From assembly GCA_902787375.1 (NCBI GenBank), contig CADAGD010000018.1:9022-73021 (forward strand): a stretch of 64,000 nt of DNA. Direction: 5' to 3'. Source of the DNA: an uncultured Eubacteriales bacterium. Lineage in GTDB: Bacteria; Bacillota; Clostridia; Christensenellales; CAG-138. The notes below the pieces were generated by a model that saw only the letters and a program-made list of their open reading frames with translations, had not been told where the DNA came from and searched no databases. Within the stretch, counting starts at the first letter, position 1, and each line of letters begins with the position of its first letter. Positions 10,277 to 19,430 of this stretch are shown piece after piece. The position numbers and the translations under genes are program-made.

Positions 10277-10765
10277 TTATCCGCAAAGCTCCATATAGAT
10301 ACTCTCTGCCGGGTCTTCTCCCAAGGCTGCAACATGCTCAGGCATGTTCTTCTTTTTGAAGCCCAATCGCTCATACAAAGCTATCGCCTTGGCGTTTCGC
10401 GGGTTGGGATTGACCCATACGGTTTTTGCGCCGTTTTTAAAAGCTTCCTCTATGGAATGGGAAAGTGCTTTTGCGGCAATACCCCGCCCGCGTGCAAACC
10501 CGAACAGCTTTATATCGAGGGATGCGCTGTCATGCTCCCTATCTATATCGTAGTATGTTTCGCCGCAGTACACACCGTCCTCATAGATCGAATAGTGAAC
10601 CGCCCGCGGTCTTTGCGATATGTTCCATTTGAGCCATTCTTCCATGGCCTCGTCCGTTTCATGGAGTCCGTCGGGAAAGCCCACGAACCTCATGACATCT
10701 CCGTCAGCCCAAAGGCGTTGTATGTTTTTAATATCCTCTTTTGTCGTTTCCTTGATCTCAAGCAT
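10277..10765 (-). CDS. GNAT family N-acetyltransferase
   Basis: 162 aa with the acetyl-CoA binding motif FARGRGIAAKAL and C-terminal ALYERLGF. Confidence 0.8.
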   Translation of the reverse strand: MLEIKETTKEDIKNIQRLWADGDVMRFVGFPDGLHETDEAMEEWLKWNISQRPRAVHYSIYEDGVYCGETYYDIDREHDSASLDIKLFGFARGRGIAAKALSHSIEEAFKNGAKTVWVNPNPRNAKAIALYERLGFKKKNMPEHVAALGEDPAESIYMELCG

Positions 10766-10846
10766 AATAACCTCTCATTTTGATACGACGCGGCGGATAT
10801 TATTCTGCAGTAAGGCGGGGAAATTCATCCCCGCACACATCTCCCG

Positions 10847-11218
10847 TCACTCGACCTTCTCGATGGGAGCGTCCACCGCGTTTTTCTTGACGGACTCTAT
10901 GCCGTTCATGCAGCTTGCCAAAGCCTTATAGCCTTCCGAAACGGCTATTATTTCGCCGTTCCTTGCCTTGAGCCTGAAACGGAACTCGCCCGCCTTGTCA
11001 GTATACACCTCGAATTTCGGGTGCTTCTGAACCTCAAAGCCCTCGACTGTTTGGTTCTCAACAGGAGCTATAGGCGCGTTTCTCATAACGCTGTCGATAC
11101 CGTTGCGGCATGAAGCCTCGCTGTTGTAGATCTCGCTGGTCGCAATCACCTCTCCGTTCGCGGCTTTAAGGTCGAACTTTATACCCGTGTTTGTATTCTT
11201 AATAATAAATTTACCCAT
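10847..11218 (-). CDS. YegP family protein (tandem DUF1508 repeats)
   Basis: Two YegP repeats (F.LKA.NGE.IATSE.Y.S...C.NGI.SV). AAGGAGG lies 8 nt upstream of the ATG at 11218 (MGKFIIK); the track start 11278 has no SD. Confidence 0.8.
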   Translation of the reverse strand: MGKFIIKNTNTGIKFDLKAANGEVIATSEIYNSEASCRNGIDSVMRNAPIAPVENQTVEGFEVQKHPKFEVYTDKAGEFRFRLKARNGEIIAVSEGYKALASCMNGIESVKKNAVDAPIEKVE

Positions 11219-11446
11219 TGTTTTAACCTCCTTTTTCGGTCTTGTGTATAATATACAGCATTTTTCCTGTTTTTTCAATAGGTATTTTAAAATACATTTG
11301 TACGGAATCCGAACGTCCGGGAAGGCTCATTCTCAAATTTATAAGACAGCGCAACATGATATATTGTGTTTAAATGTCTCAAAAACGAGATTTTCCTTTT
11401 CAAATGTGGTATAATCGAATCAAATTAAGAGATTGGATGGTTAAGC

Positions 11447-13063
11447 ATGGAACAAACAAAAAAAGAACGAGGCATAAGACGTTATGCCGTATACACCAAG
11501 GGTTTTTTAACTCCGACACTTCTCACTCCCCTTTTCATGGTTTTTGAGGTCGCGCTTGAGGTTCTGATACCGCTGCTCATGGCAGCCATTGTGGATGGCG
11601 GTCTATATGCGCGCGAGGATTTTCTTTTGCGGTCAGTCATACCCGCCGAGCTTAAAACAGGCTCCGTTGATCTTATATTCACACTCGGCGGCTTGATGGT
11701 GCTTGCCGCTCTGCTTTCGCTCACCTGCGGTATGCTTGCGGCAAGGACGGCTGCGGTCGCGTCAATGGGATTTGCCAAGAATCTAAGACGTGCGATATTC
11801 GACAAGATACAATCCTTTTCATTTGCAAACACGGATAAGTTCTCAACATCATCACTCATCGTTCGTTCAACGACCGACGTCACGATGATCCAGAACGTAT
11901 TCCAGCAGATGATCCGTATGTTCGTTCGTGCGCCGATGATGATGATATTCGCCGCCATAATGGCGTTCAATATCAATTCCGAGCTTTCATGGATATTTGT
12001 AGTCGCAATCCCATTCCTGCTTCTCTCGATAGTTATACTCGTATCGAAGGGACATCCGCGCTTCATGAAGATGCTCAAAAAGACCGACGCCATGAATACA
12101 TCCGTACAGGAGAACCTCATCGCCATGCGCGTCGTCAAGGCATTCGTGCGCGAGGATTATGAAAAAAAGAAATTCCACGATTCCGTCAACGATCTGAAAA
12201 ACGCTCAGATACACGCCCAGAAGATATTCACTTTCGCAGGCCCCATACAGCTCATCATAATGTGGACTTGCACGGTCATACTTCTCGCTCTCGGCGGAAT
12301 GCAGATAATCCATTACAAGTCATTCGGCCCCGGTGAGCTTACAAGTCTTATGACATACACCACGCAGATAATAAGCTCGCTTGCCATGGTCTCCTTTATA
12401 ATCGTATCGCTTGCCATGGCGAAAGCCTCCGTTTCACGTATAAACGAGGTGCTTGACGAGCAGATAGACATAATCGGCGCGCATTCCAATCTGAAGGTCG
12501 AAAACGGCGATATAGAATTCAGGAATGTTGATTTCAGCTATATAAGGGATCCAAAAAACCTTACCCTTTCCGGCATAAACTTTCATATCAAATCCGGTGA
12601 AACGATCGGTGTTGTCGGCGGAACGGGCGAGGGAAAATCCACTCTGGTTCAGCTCATACCCCGTTTTTACGATGTTCTGTCCGGCGAGGTGCTTATATCC
12701 GGACATAATGTCAAGGAATACTCTCTGTATGAGCTGCGTGAAGGCGTTTCCATGGTACTCCAGAAGAACATGCTGTTCTCAGGCTCCATAAAGGATAACC
12801 TCCGCTGGGGCAACCCGAACGCAAGCGACGAGGAGATCGTGGAGGCGTGCAAAATGGCTTGCGCTCATGATTTCATAACCGGCTTTGCCGACGGCTACGA
12901 CACCGATCTCGGTCAGGGCGGGTGCAATGTTTCAGGCGGTCAGAAGCAGCGTCTTTGCATAGCGCGCGCGCTTCTTAAAAAGCCCAAGATACTGATACTT
13001 GACGACTCCACATCGGCTGTCGATACCGCAACCGATGAAAAAATACGCGAACCACAAAAATAA
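11447..13063 (+). CDS. ABC transporter permease/ATP-binding protein (type-1 exporter), C-terminally disrupted
   Basis: Six-TM domain followed by an NBD with Walker A GGTGEGKST, signature VSGGQKQR and Walker B ILILDDSTSAVD. The frame then stops after DEKIREPQK, and the H-loop/C-terminus continues in another frame (next feature). Confidence 0.8.
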   Translation: MEQTKKERGIRRYAVYTKGFLTPTLLTPLFMVFEVALEVLIPLLMAAIVDGGLYAREDFLLRSVIPAELKTGSVDLIFTLGGLMVLAALLSLTCGMLAARTAAVASMGFAKNLRRAIFDKIQSFSFANTDKFSTSSLIVRSTTDVTMIQNVFQQMIRMFVRAPMMMIFAAIMAFNINSELSWIFVVAIPFLLLSIVILVSKGHPRFMKMLKKTDAMNTSVQENLIAMRVVKAFVREDYEKKKFHDSVNDLKNAQIHAQKIFTFAGPIQLIIMWTCTVILLALGGMQIIHYKSFGPGELTSLMTYTTQIISSLAMVSFIIVSLAMAKASVSRINEVLDEQIDIIGAHSNLKVENGDIEFRNVDFSYIRDPKNLTLSGINFHIKSGETIGVVGGTGEGKSTLVQLIPRFYDVLSGEVLISGHNVKEYSLYELREGVSMVLQKNMLFSGSIKDNLRWGNPNASDEEIVEACKMACAHDFITGFADGYDTDLGQGGCNVSGGQKQRLCIARALLKKPKILILDDSTSAVDTATDEKIREPQK

Positions 13064-13221
13064 TAATCGCTCAGCGCATAGCTTCCATAATGTACAGCGA
13101 CCGCATAATCGTCATGGATAAGGGCCGCATATCGGATATGGGAACTCACGACGAGCTTATGGCAAGGAGCGTTATCTATCGTGAGGTCTATAACTCCCAA
13201 ATGGAAGGAGGCAATGAATAA
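13054..13221 (+). pseudogene. Out-of-frame C-terminal remnant of the preceding ABC transporter NBD
   Basis: The other frame reads TKIIIAQRIASIMYSDRIIVMDKGRISDMGTHDELMARSVIYREVYNSQMEGGNE-stop. This is the H-loop and C-terminal region expected after Walker B. Its stop overlaps the ATG of the partner ABC gene at 13221. Confidence 0.7.
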
Positions 13222-15143
13222 TGGCTCGTCAAAGTGATATAATCGCAAGGCACAAGGGCAAAAGAAAGCCGGACAACTTTTTCAAGACAATCGGACGTCT
13301 GCTTTCATATTATAAGAACTGCAAATGGGCGTTCATATCCGCCATACTCTTTATACTTGCCTATGCGGCAACAACCATCATAGCCGGAGCCCTGCTCAAG
13401 CCTCTGACCGATATACTTGAAAACTCGCTTGCCGACAAGGCGGGCATATACATGGATGAGCAGGTAGCAAAATACACCACGCTGCTCATTTATATGGCAT
13501 TCCTGTATTTTGCCGGCGCGATAACCAATTACGCTTTGAACCGTCTGATGCTGCAATGTACGGCGGTCGTAATGGCGAAGCTGAGGACTGATTTATTCGA
13601 CCGTATGCAGGAGCTGCCCGTCGCGTTTTTCGACGGCAAGACCCACGGCGAGCTGATGAGCTATTATACAAACGACGTAGACGCCATACGAGAAATGCTC
13701 AACCACAGCCTGACGCAGCTCCTTATATCCGCATTTTCGCTGATAGGCGTTATATTCACGATGATACGCCTGTCCCTCCCACTATTCCTCATAGTGCTGG
13801 TGCTTGGCACGCTCGTTGTGCTTATAACCAAATTCATCGCCTCCAAATCCGGCAAGAATTTCGTTCATCAGCAGAAGGCACTTGCGACCGTCAACGGATA
13901 CATCGAGGAGATGATGGAAGGTCAGCGCGTCGTCAAGGTGTTCAACCATGAGGAAAAGGTCATGGAAGACTTTGAGGTCATTAACGAGGAGCTGCGCCAT
14001 GTAGCCACGAGGGCGAACACGCTCGCCTCCATTATGGGCCCCATAATGAACAATCTTTCGCATATATTCTATGCGCTGACGACCACCATCGGCGTACTGT
14101 TTGCCGCCAACGGCGAGCTTATCAAATCGCTCTCCAAGGGTTCAAGCTTCAACTGGCAGTTGATAGGTGTGCAGGGCTCGGTGCTTGTAACATTCCTATC
14201 ATTCATTCGCCAGTTCTCGAACCGCGTTTCGGAGATCTCACAGCAGTTCAACTACATACTGCTCGCCCTTGCCGGCGCGGAGCGCGTTTTCAAGCTCATG
14301 GATATGCCCCCTGAGATAGACGACGGCGACGTCATACTTGAAACCAAGCCCGACGGCACCAAGGTTTGGAGCTTTATAGACGAGAACGGTAAAACCTTTG
14401 AGATTCCGCTCGTCGGAAAAATCGAGCTGCATGACGTCGATTTCAGCTATGATGGCTCAAAGCTCGTGCTTGAGGATGTGAACGTATACGCCAAGAAGGG
14501 ACAGAAGATAGCCTTTGTCGGCTCCACCGGCGCAGGCAAGACCACCATAATAAATCTAATCAACCGCTTCTATGACGTTGCCGACGGTGAAATAACATAT
14601 GACGGCATCGACATACGGCGCATAAAGAAGGACGACCTCCGCGGCACTCTGGGAATGGTTCTTCAGGATACGCACCTCTTCACGGGTACTGTCATGGACA
14701 ATATCCGCTATGGCAAGCTTGACGCCACTGATGAGGACTGCATAACCGCCGCGAAGATAGCAAACGCTCATTACTTCATATCCCATCTTCCTGAGGGATA
14801 TAACACGATGCTCTACTCTGACGGCGCGAATCTTTCGCAGGGACAGCGTCAGCTCATAGCCATTGCGCGTGCGGCAGTCGCCTCCCCCGTCGTTCTGATA
14901 CTGGATGAAGCCACAAGCTCCATCGACACCAGAACCGAGAAGCTCATTGAAAACGGAATGGATAAGCTCATGGAGGGACGCACGGTATTTGTTATTGCCC
15001 ACCGCCTTTCCACCGTCCGCAACTCCAATGCCATAATGGTTCTTGAGCATGGAAAGATAATCGAACGCGGAGATCACGAGTACCTGATAAGCCAGCAGGG
15101 AAAATATTATCAGCTCTATACAGGCGCGTTTGAGCTTTCGTAA
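13221..15143 (+). CDS. ABC transporter permease/ATP-binding protein (heterodimer partner)
   Basis: 640 aa with a TM domain plus an NBD: GSTGAGKTT, LSQGQRQL, LILDEATSSID and the H-loop IAHRLST. Confidence 0.9.
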   Translation: MARQSDIIARHKGKRKPDNFFKTIGRLLSYYKNCKWAFISAILFILAYAATTIIAGALLKPLTDILENSLADKAGIYMDEQVAKYTTLLIYMAFLYFAGAITNYALNRLMLQCTAVVMAKLRTDLFDRMQELPVAFFDGKTHGELMSYYTNDVDAIREMLNHSLTQLLISAFSLIGVIFTMIRLSLPLFLIVLVLGTLVVLITKFIASKSGKNFVHQQKALATVNGYIEEMMEGQRVVKVFNHEEKVMEDFEVINEELRHVATRANTLASIMGPIMNNLSHIFYALTTTIGVLFAANGELIKSLSKGSSFNWQLIGVQGSVLVTFLSFIRQFSNRVSEISQQFNYILLALAGAERVFKLMDMPPEIDDGDVILETKPDGTKVWSFIDENGKTFEIPLVGKIELHDVDFSYDGSKLVLEDVNVYAKKGQKIAFVGSTGAGKTTIINLINRFYDVADGEITYDGIDIRRIKKDDLRGTLGMVLQDTHLFTGTVMDNIRYGKLDATDEDCITAAKIANAHYFISHLPEGYNTMLYSDGANLSQGQRQLIAIARAAVASPVVLILDEATSSIDTRTEKLIENGMDKLMEGRTVFVIAHRLSTVRNSNAIMVLEHGKIIERGDHEYLISQQGKYYQLYTGAFELS

Positions 15144-15409
15144 TGTATTATGTCGGGGATGCTTTGGAAACATGGTATCCCCTTTTTAGTAAGTGCTGAT
15201 CAACATGTATGGCTCCCGTTTTCAAAGGGAGCCGGCAAATCCGGCTTAATGGAAAAACCAATGAGCAAAAAATCATGCGAATGCTTGGTTTTAAAGCTTA
15301 TCTTCACACCTTTGGTCACCTGCCATTGTCGCTTAAATCAGGATGCAGGTACTTGAGTTAATCAGCGTTTATTTTAGGCTGTTATTCAGTTTAAGGAGTA
15401 TTTCCGCCA

Positions 15410-16072
15410 ATGCTTACAATGGACAGATTCCCCGTTATCTCAACAAAGGAACAGCTAAAATCGCTTGTATCCGATATAGGCTTCCTGCCCTTCTTTTCAT
15501 GCGGCATACCCGGCTTTTGCCTGCGCGATACCGTCAATTCAGCCGTATGGTTTGTCAAGGATGTTGAAGGCCCCTGGGAATGGAAAACCGATGTGGGCAT
15601 ATACGGAAAGCTCTTTCGCGGCAAGGCGGTGTTCATGTCCCCCGAATGGTATGGTATTCTCGCATGTTATCGCCGCGACGGTTACGACTACGAGGGAATG
15701 TTTGAGGACGGGCTTCTGTCCCGCAACGCTCTGTCTGTTATGGAGAGTATCGGAAACGAATCCTTAATAAGCACCGTTCTGCGCTCAAGAGTTCAAATGG
15801 AAAGCTCGGCATTCGACAAGGCGATAACGGAGCTGCAGATGAAATGCTTCCTGCTGCCGTCGGGCTTTGAATACGCGATTGATAAAAACGGACGTCCCTA
15901 TGGCTGGGGTATTGCAAAATACACGCCGTCAGACAACATATATGGAAAGCTCATAGCAGACGCCGAATCCGAATACACGCCCGATACGGCAAAAGAAATG
16001 CTTATCGAGCGTGTAATGGAGGTCTGCCCCGGCGTCGATATAAAAAAAGCCGAGAGGCTGATTCGCGGATAA
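15410..16072 (+). CDS. Hypothetical protein, possibly AlkZ/YcaQ-related winged-helix protein
   Basis: 220-aa ORF with AAGGAG 11 nt upstream. The family guess rests only on recalled resemblance of the N-terminus (GFLPFF...PGF...W..K...GPWEWK). Confidence 0.5.
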   Translation: MLTMDRFPVISTKEQLKSLVSDIGFLPFFSCGIPGFCLRDTVNSAVWFVKDVEGPWEWKTDVGIYGKLFRGKAVFMSPEWYGILACYRRDGYDYEGMFEDGLLSRNALSVMESIGNESLISTVLRSRVQMESSAFDKAITELQMKCFLLPSGFEYAIDKNGRPYGWGIAKYTPSDNIYGKLIADAESEYTPDTAKEMLIERVMEVCPGVDIKKAERLIRG

Positions 16073-16130
16073 TTGCATGGTCATTGTTCTTCTTTTGCAT
16101 TTCTAAAATCTTATATCACGTTAAAAGCAC

Positions 16131-16159
16131 TTGCATACATCAAATTGTTTTGTTATAAT
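16131..16159 (+). promoter_or_regulatory. Sigma-A-type promoter upstream of the PT-rich protein/lipoprotein pair
   Basis: TTGCAT, 17 nt, TATAAT. Confidence 0.5.
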
Positions 16160-16283
16160 AGATAATAGGGTATTTTGAGGATAGTGGTGCTATGCTCCGC
16201 TTCATTACGCCGAGCATGAGCCTTTGCCTTCAAATACGCCATGAGCAATATAACCCATGTCCTTTGGAAAGGAAGTAAATGAA

Positions 16284-17096
16284 ATGATAAAAAAAATCAT
16301 TGGGCTTTCGCTTTCATTCGTTATGCTTTGCTGTGCCACCGGCACATATGCGTCAGCGGCGAATGATGCAGCGTCAAGGCAATCCGAAATTGTTTTTACC
16401 ATTGATCCGCCTGCGGAGGAAACGGATGCTCCACCAACTCATGCGCCGACGGATACTCCGGCTCCGACAGCAACCCCAACTGCCGCTCCGACAGCAACTC
16501 CGACCGTTGCTCCGACCGCGACGCCGACCGCAAAGCCCACGGCAACACCGACTGCCAAGCCTACAGCAGTACCCACACAGGCTCCTACGGCCGCTCCGGT
16601 TATTACGCCAAGACCGACGTCGGTTCCGACAACTCAGTCTCCTTATGTAACAACCGCTCCGGTCATAACCCCAACGCAGCAGCCCAGCTACATTGCATAT
16701 ACTCTCTGGGATTATGCGGCGGATACCATCCAGAAGGTCGTTCGTGATACACCGTTTGAAATAGTCCTCGTCGAAGGCGTTTCGGATTATCTGACCTTCT
16801 CCAACTTCTACGGCAATATACCCGACACAGTCGAGTTCATCAACAGCATAGAGACCGATGGGCTTTGTATGCTCAAGGGCATGGTAAATGCCAACAGCTC
16901 CTATGAGCTTGGTCTTGAATTTACACTAAAGGGCGGACAAAAGCTCATGCTGAATTTCAGCATATCGGCAGTTGACGAGATCGCCGTCGAGCCGACCCTC
17001 AGCCCATACGCATTTCCTGAGGCGCATAAGCTCATACCGTTCGGCGGCAATCCGTCAGCCATGACAGCGCTGCCGCATAGGAAGGAGGATGCATGA
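16284..17096 (+). CDS. Secreted protein with Pro/Thr-rich linker
   Basis: Signal peptide MIKKIIGLSLSFVMLCCATGTYASA, then a roughly 45-aa (A/T)PT-repeat linker. The stop overlaps the next start (ATGA). Confidence 0.7.
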   Translation: MIKKIIGLSLSFVMLCCATGTYASAANDAASRQSEIVFTIDPPAEETDAPPTHAPTDTPAPTATPTAAPTATPTVAPTATPTAKPTATPTAKPTAVPTQAPTAAPVITPRPTSVPTTQSPYVTTAPVITPTQQPSYIAYTLWDYAADTIQKVVRDTPFEIVLVEGVSDYLTFSNFYGNIPDTVEFINSIETDGLCMLKGMVNANSSYELGLEFTLKGGQKLMLNFSISAVDEIAVEPTLSPYAFPEAHKLIPFGGNPSAMTALPHRKEDA

Positions 17097-18241
17097 TTAT
17101 GAAACGATTCATTCGCTTATCAGTGTTATCCATGATGGCGTTGATGCTTTTCTCGGCTTGCGGATGCAGCCTTTTCGGAACGTCAAAGCCCTCCGAAACT
17201 CCTCTGCCGACGGAGAACTCGGCAGTCATTGACAACGCGATGCTTGAAAGCTTTGTCGGCGACTGGTACGGCGTATATACTGTCGCCGAAGCAAGGGGCA
17301 TATATGCTCCGAACTCCAGAGTGAGCAACGACTGCGCGATGCGTGTGGCTGTTGACAGCACCGGAAACGGCGTCTGCTATTTGCAGGTCAACGGAATGGA
17401 GAATATCCCCGGCAGCACCAGCTCCAACGTGTTCTCCCAATGTACAGCCAAGCTCAACAACGGCTCGCTCGATATACTCGGAACCATAAACGACAGGGAT
17501 ATTGCCTGGAGCTTTAACCTCATAAACAACGAGCTTAAACTTGTCGAGGTGTACGGCGATGTTACCGACAATATGCGCATCGAGATAACCGTATCGCGTC
17601 CCGATGCCATTGCGGCAAGCAACATTATACCCGAAGCCATGGATTACATAATAAAGAACGGCTTTGGCGGCATCGTTGATATGCTTGGCGGAAAAACCTC
17701 CGAGCTTCCGCAAGTGACCGTGCCTGAGGGCTGTGAACCGCACCTGTTTTTCGATGGCAGTGTCACATCGACAACGCCCGCTCCCACAACCTCAGCCAAT
17801 ATGGTTCAGAGTGCCGACGGGCATATAACGATTACCCTCCCCGATGAATACAAGGTCATAACCAATACTGCGACGGGCTTTATAGTTGCCTGCCCCGAAA
17901 AGGGCATTAAGCAGGTCGATTTTGCGGTCTCAACATGGAATACGGATTCACTCTCATTCCTTCTGAGCAATACGCCCAATATCACAGACCTGTATCATTA
18001 CACTATCGACGGCTTTGACTTCTATGGAAGCTTCATCACCCCCGAAAGCGAGGAAGGCACTCCCACGGAAGAACCCTCAAATTCAACCGTGTTCAAGCTC
18101 TGCGGTACAAACAATACCGGAAGCCTTATCATAATCAATATCACGATGGATCTTGACGCGTTCTCCGCCTACTCCTATGTGAATGTTGATAATGCCGACT
18201 TCTCGCAGCTTATACTCGGCGCAAGATTTTCCATGATTTGA
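17093..18241 (+). CDS. Lipoprotein, function unknown
   Basis: N-terminus MIMKRFIRLSVLSMMALMLFSACG contains a lipobox (LFSAC). The gene is translationally coupled to the upstream gene. Confidence 0.7.
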   Translation: MIMKRFIRLSVLSMMALMLFSACGCSLFGTSKPSETPLPTENSAVIDNAMLESFVGDWYGVYTVAEARGIYAPNSRVSNDCAMRVAVDSTGNGVCYLQVNGMENIPGSTSSNVFSQCTAKLNNGSLDILGTINDRDIAWSFNLINNELKLVEVYGDVTDNMRIEITVSRPDAIAASNIIPEAMDYIIKNGFGGIVDMLGGKTSELPQVTVPEGCEPHLFFDGSVTSTTPAPTTSANMVQSADGHITITLPDEYKVITNTATGFIVACPEKGIKQVDFAVSTWNTDSLSFLLSNTPNITDLYHYTIDGFDFYGSFITPESEEGTPTEEPSNSTVFKLCGTNNTGSLIIINITMDLDAFSAYSYVNVDNADFSQLILGARFSMI

Positions 18242-18257
18242 TTGAAAATATGCAGCG

Positions 18258-18285
18258 AAAAGCCCCGCCTGTCGGCGGGGCTTTT
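18258..18285. terminator. Bidirectional intrinsic terminator
   Basis: AAAAGCCCCGCC-tgtc-GGCGGGGCTTTT lies between the convergent lipoprotein (+) and four-helix-bundle (-) genes. Confidence 0.75.
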
Positions 18286-18329
18286 GCCAACCCAAAACCG
18301 CGCGGCATGGCGGCAGGGCATGAGTGCAG

Positions 18330-18677
18330 TTATTCGATTTTTGCTTTTGCGGTATTGACAGAAGAAATGAGTTTTTTTTTGACTTCGATGCACTTATTGA
18401 GGATGCCTTTATTGGAATAATACCCGCTTTCGATCAAAAGCTCGATCCAGTATTCGGTTTCCGAGCATTCCTTGAGGGCAATCTGCAATTTTGCGATAAA
18501 ATCCGCAGTTCCGTGAGCATATTGCGCTTCGCGCACATTAGCACCGACAGACGTCCCGGAGCGAAGAAATTGATTTATTAGAGCGCTTTCGCATTTTGAA
18601 ATTCTTAATTTCTTGCACACCTCGATTACTTCAAGCGCAAGTTCTTTTGATTTGACCATCAACGGACTTTCTTTCAT
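18330..18677 (-). CDS. Four-helix-bundle protein (23S rRNA intervening-sequence protein / Avd-like family)
   Basis: 115 aa with the family signature RSGTSVGANVREAQ....S..DFI.KL.IALKE..ET.YW. AAGGAG lies upstream. Confidence 0.8.
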   Translation of the reverse strand: MKESPLMVKSKELALEVIEVCKKLRISKCESALINQFLRSGTSVGANVREAQYAHGTADFIAKLQIALKECSETEYWIELLIESGYYSNKGILNKCIEVKKKLISSVNTAKAKIE

Positions 18678-18700
18678 GCTTTTTTCTCCTTTATAGTTTT

Positions 18701-18811
18701 ACTTCTTCACTTTTCACTATTCACTATTCACTATTACCTTTTACCTCCCAAAAATCCTGCGCGGAAAAGCAGGAATGGAAAGTTAATAGTGAAAAGTGAA
18801 TAGTGAATAAG
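18701..18811. repeat. Inverted heptamer-repeat tracts (CACTATT/CACTTTT units) in the tRNA-Cys trailer
   Basis: Tandem 7-mers at 18708-18735. 18706-18721 and 18785-18800 form a perfect 16-nt inverted match, and 18718-18731 matches 18796-18809 in a second register. Confidence 0.8.
18750..18774 (-). terminator. Second terminator-like hairpin in the tRNA-Cys trailer
   Basis: On the minus strand: TCCTGC-ttttccgc-GCAGGA followed by TTTTT. Confidence 0.45.
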
Positions 18812-18812
18812 G

Positions 18813-18842
18813 AAAAATCCTACGCTGTCGCGCAGGATTTTT
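18813..18842 (-). terminator. Intrinsic terminator directly after tRNA-Cys
   Basis: On the minus strand: AAAAATCCTGCG-cgacag-CGTAGGATTTTT, a 12-bp stem with one G-U pair followed by a T-run. Confidence 0.7.
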
Positions 18843-18915
18843 GGAGGCACCATCCAGAATCGAACTGGAGATGGCGATTTTGCAGACCGCTGCCTTACCG
18901 CTTGGCTATGGTGCC
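18842..18915 (-). tRNA. tRNA-Cys (GCA)
   Basis: The hand-folded 74-nt cloverleaf is GGCACCA..CTGCAAA..TGGTGCC-T-CCA. The anticodon loop is CTGCAAA and CCA is encoded. Confidence 0.9.
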
Positions 18916-18984
18916 ATATAAAAATAATGCTGTGAATCAGGATACAAGACGGTTCCGAAAGCCTTGAAGCGGACTCACAGTTCC

Positions 18985-19018
18985 AATTATATGCAGGGAA
19001 GCATCCCTACATATAATT
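18985..19018 (-). other. 15-bp hairpin immediately 3' of tRNA-Gly
   Basis: AATTATATGCAGGGA (18985-18999) pairs with TCCCTACATATAATT (19004-19018) with one mismatch. No U-run follows on the tRNA strand. It could be a processing or stability structure in the 102-nt Gly-Cys spacer. Confidence 0.3.
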
Positions 19019-19093
19019 GGAGCGGGAAACGGGGCTCGAACCCGCCACCTCCGCCTTGGCAAGGCGGCGCTCTACCAAATGAGCTATTCCCGC
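19018..19093 (-). tRNA. tRNA-Gly (GCC)
   Basis: 76 nt: GCGGGAA...anticodon loop TTGCCAA...TTCCCGC-T-CCA, with T-loop GGTTCGAGC. Confidence 0.9.
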
Positions 19094-19096
19094 GAG

Positions 19097-19172
19097 TGGT
19101 GCCTCAGAGTGGAGTTGAACCACCGACACGGGGATTTTCAGTCCCCTGCTCTACCTACTGAGCTACCGAGGC
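19097..19172 (-). tRNA. tRNA-Phe (GAA)
   Basis: 76 nt: GCCTCGG...anticodon loop CTGAAAA...CTGAGGC-A-CCA. Confidence 0.9.
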
Positions 19173-19177
19173 AAATA

Positions 19178-19254
19178 TGGCGACCCGAAGGGGGCTCGAA
19201 CCCCTGACCTCCAGCGTGACAGGCTGGCATTCTAACCAACTGAACTACCGGGCC
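19178..19254 (-). tRNA. tRNA-Asp (GTC)
   Basis: 77 nt: GGCCCGG...anticodon loop CTGTCAC...TCGGGTC-G-CCA. Confidence 0.9.
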
Positions 19255-19256
19255 AA

Positions 19257-19332
19257 TGGTGGAAACAATAGGGCTCGAACCTATGACCCTCTGCTTGTAA
19301 GGCAGATGCTCTCCCAGCTGAGCTATGCTTCC
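19257..19332 (-). tRNA. tRNA-Val (TAC)
   Basis: 76 nt: GGAAGCA...anticodon loop CTTACAA...TGTTTCC-A-CCA. It is the first gene of the tightly packed cluster (2-5 nt spacers). Confidence 0.9.
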
Positions 19333-19359
19333 ACATCGTCGCCGTCCGACGACTTTTCT

Positions 19360-19388
19360 ATTTTACACGATAGCGGAGCATTTGTCAA
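19360..19388 (-). promoter_or_regulatory. Sigma-A-type promoter of the tRNA Val-Asp-Phe-Gly(-Cys) cluster
   Basis: On the minus strand: TTGACA, 17 nt, TAAAAT, ending about 27 nt upstream of tRNA-Val. Confidence 0.6.
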
Positions 19389-19430
19389 TACCCAAAATAG
19401 AGTTTTTTAAAAATATTTTATAAAAATCCG

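Noticed and set aside
18842-19332. tRNA genes as integration sites of a prophage or genomic island (also at 57919-57995)
   Set aside because: There is no integrase or recombinase, no direct repeat of a tRNA 3' end and no phage genes nearby. Only single small ORFs follow the tRNAs.
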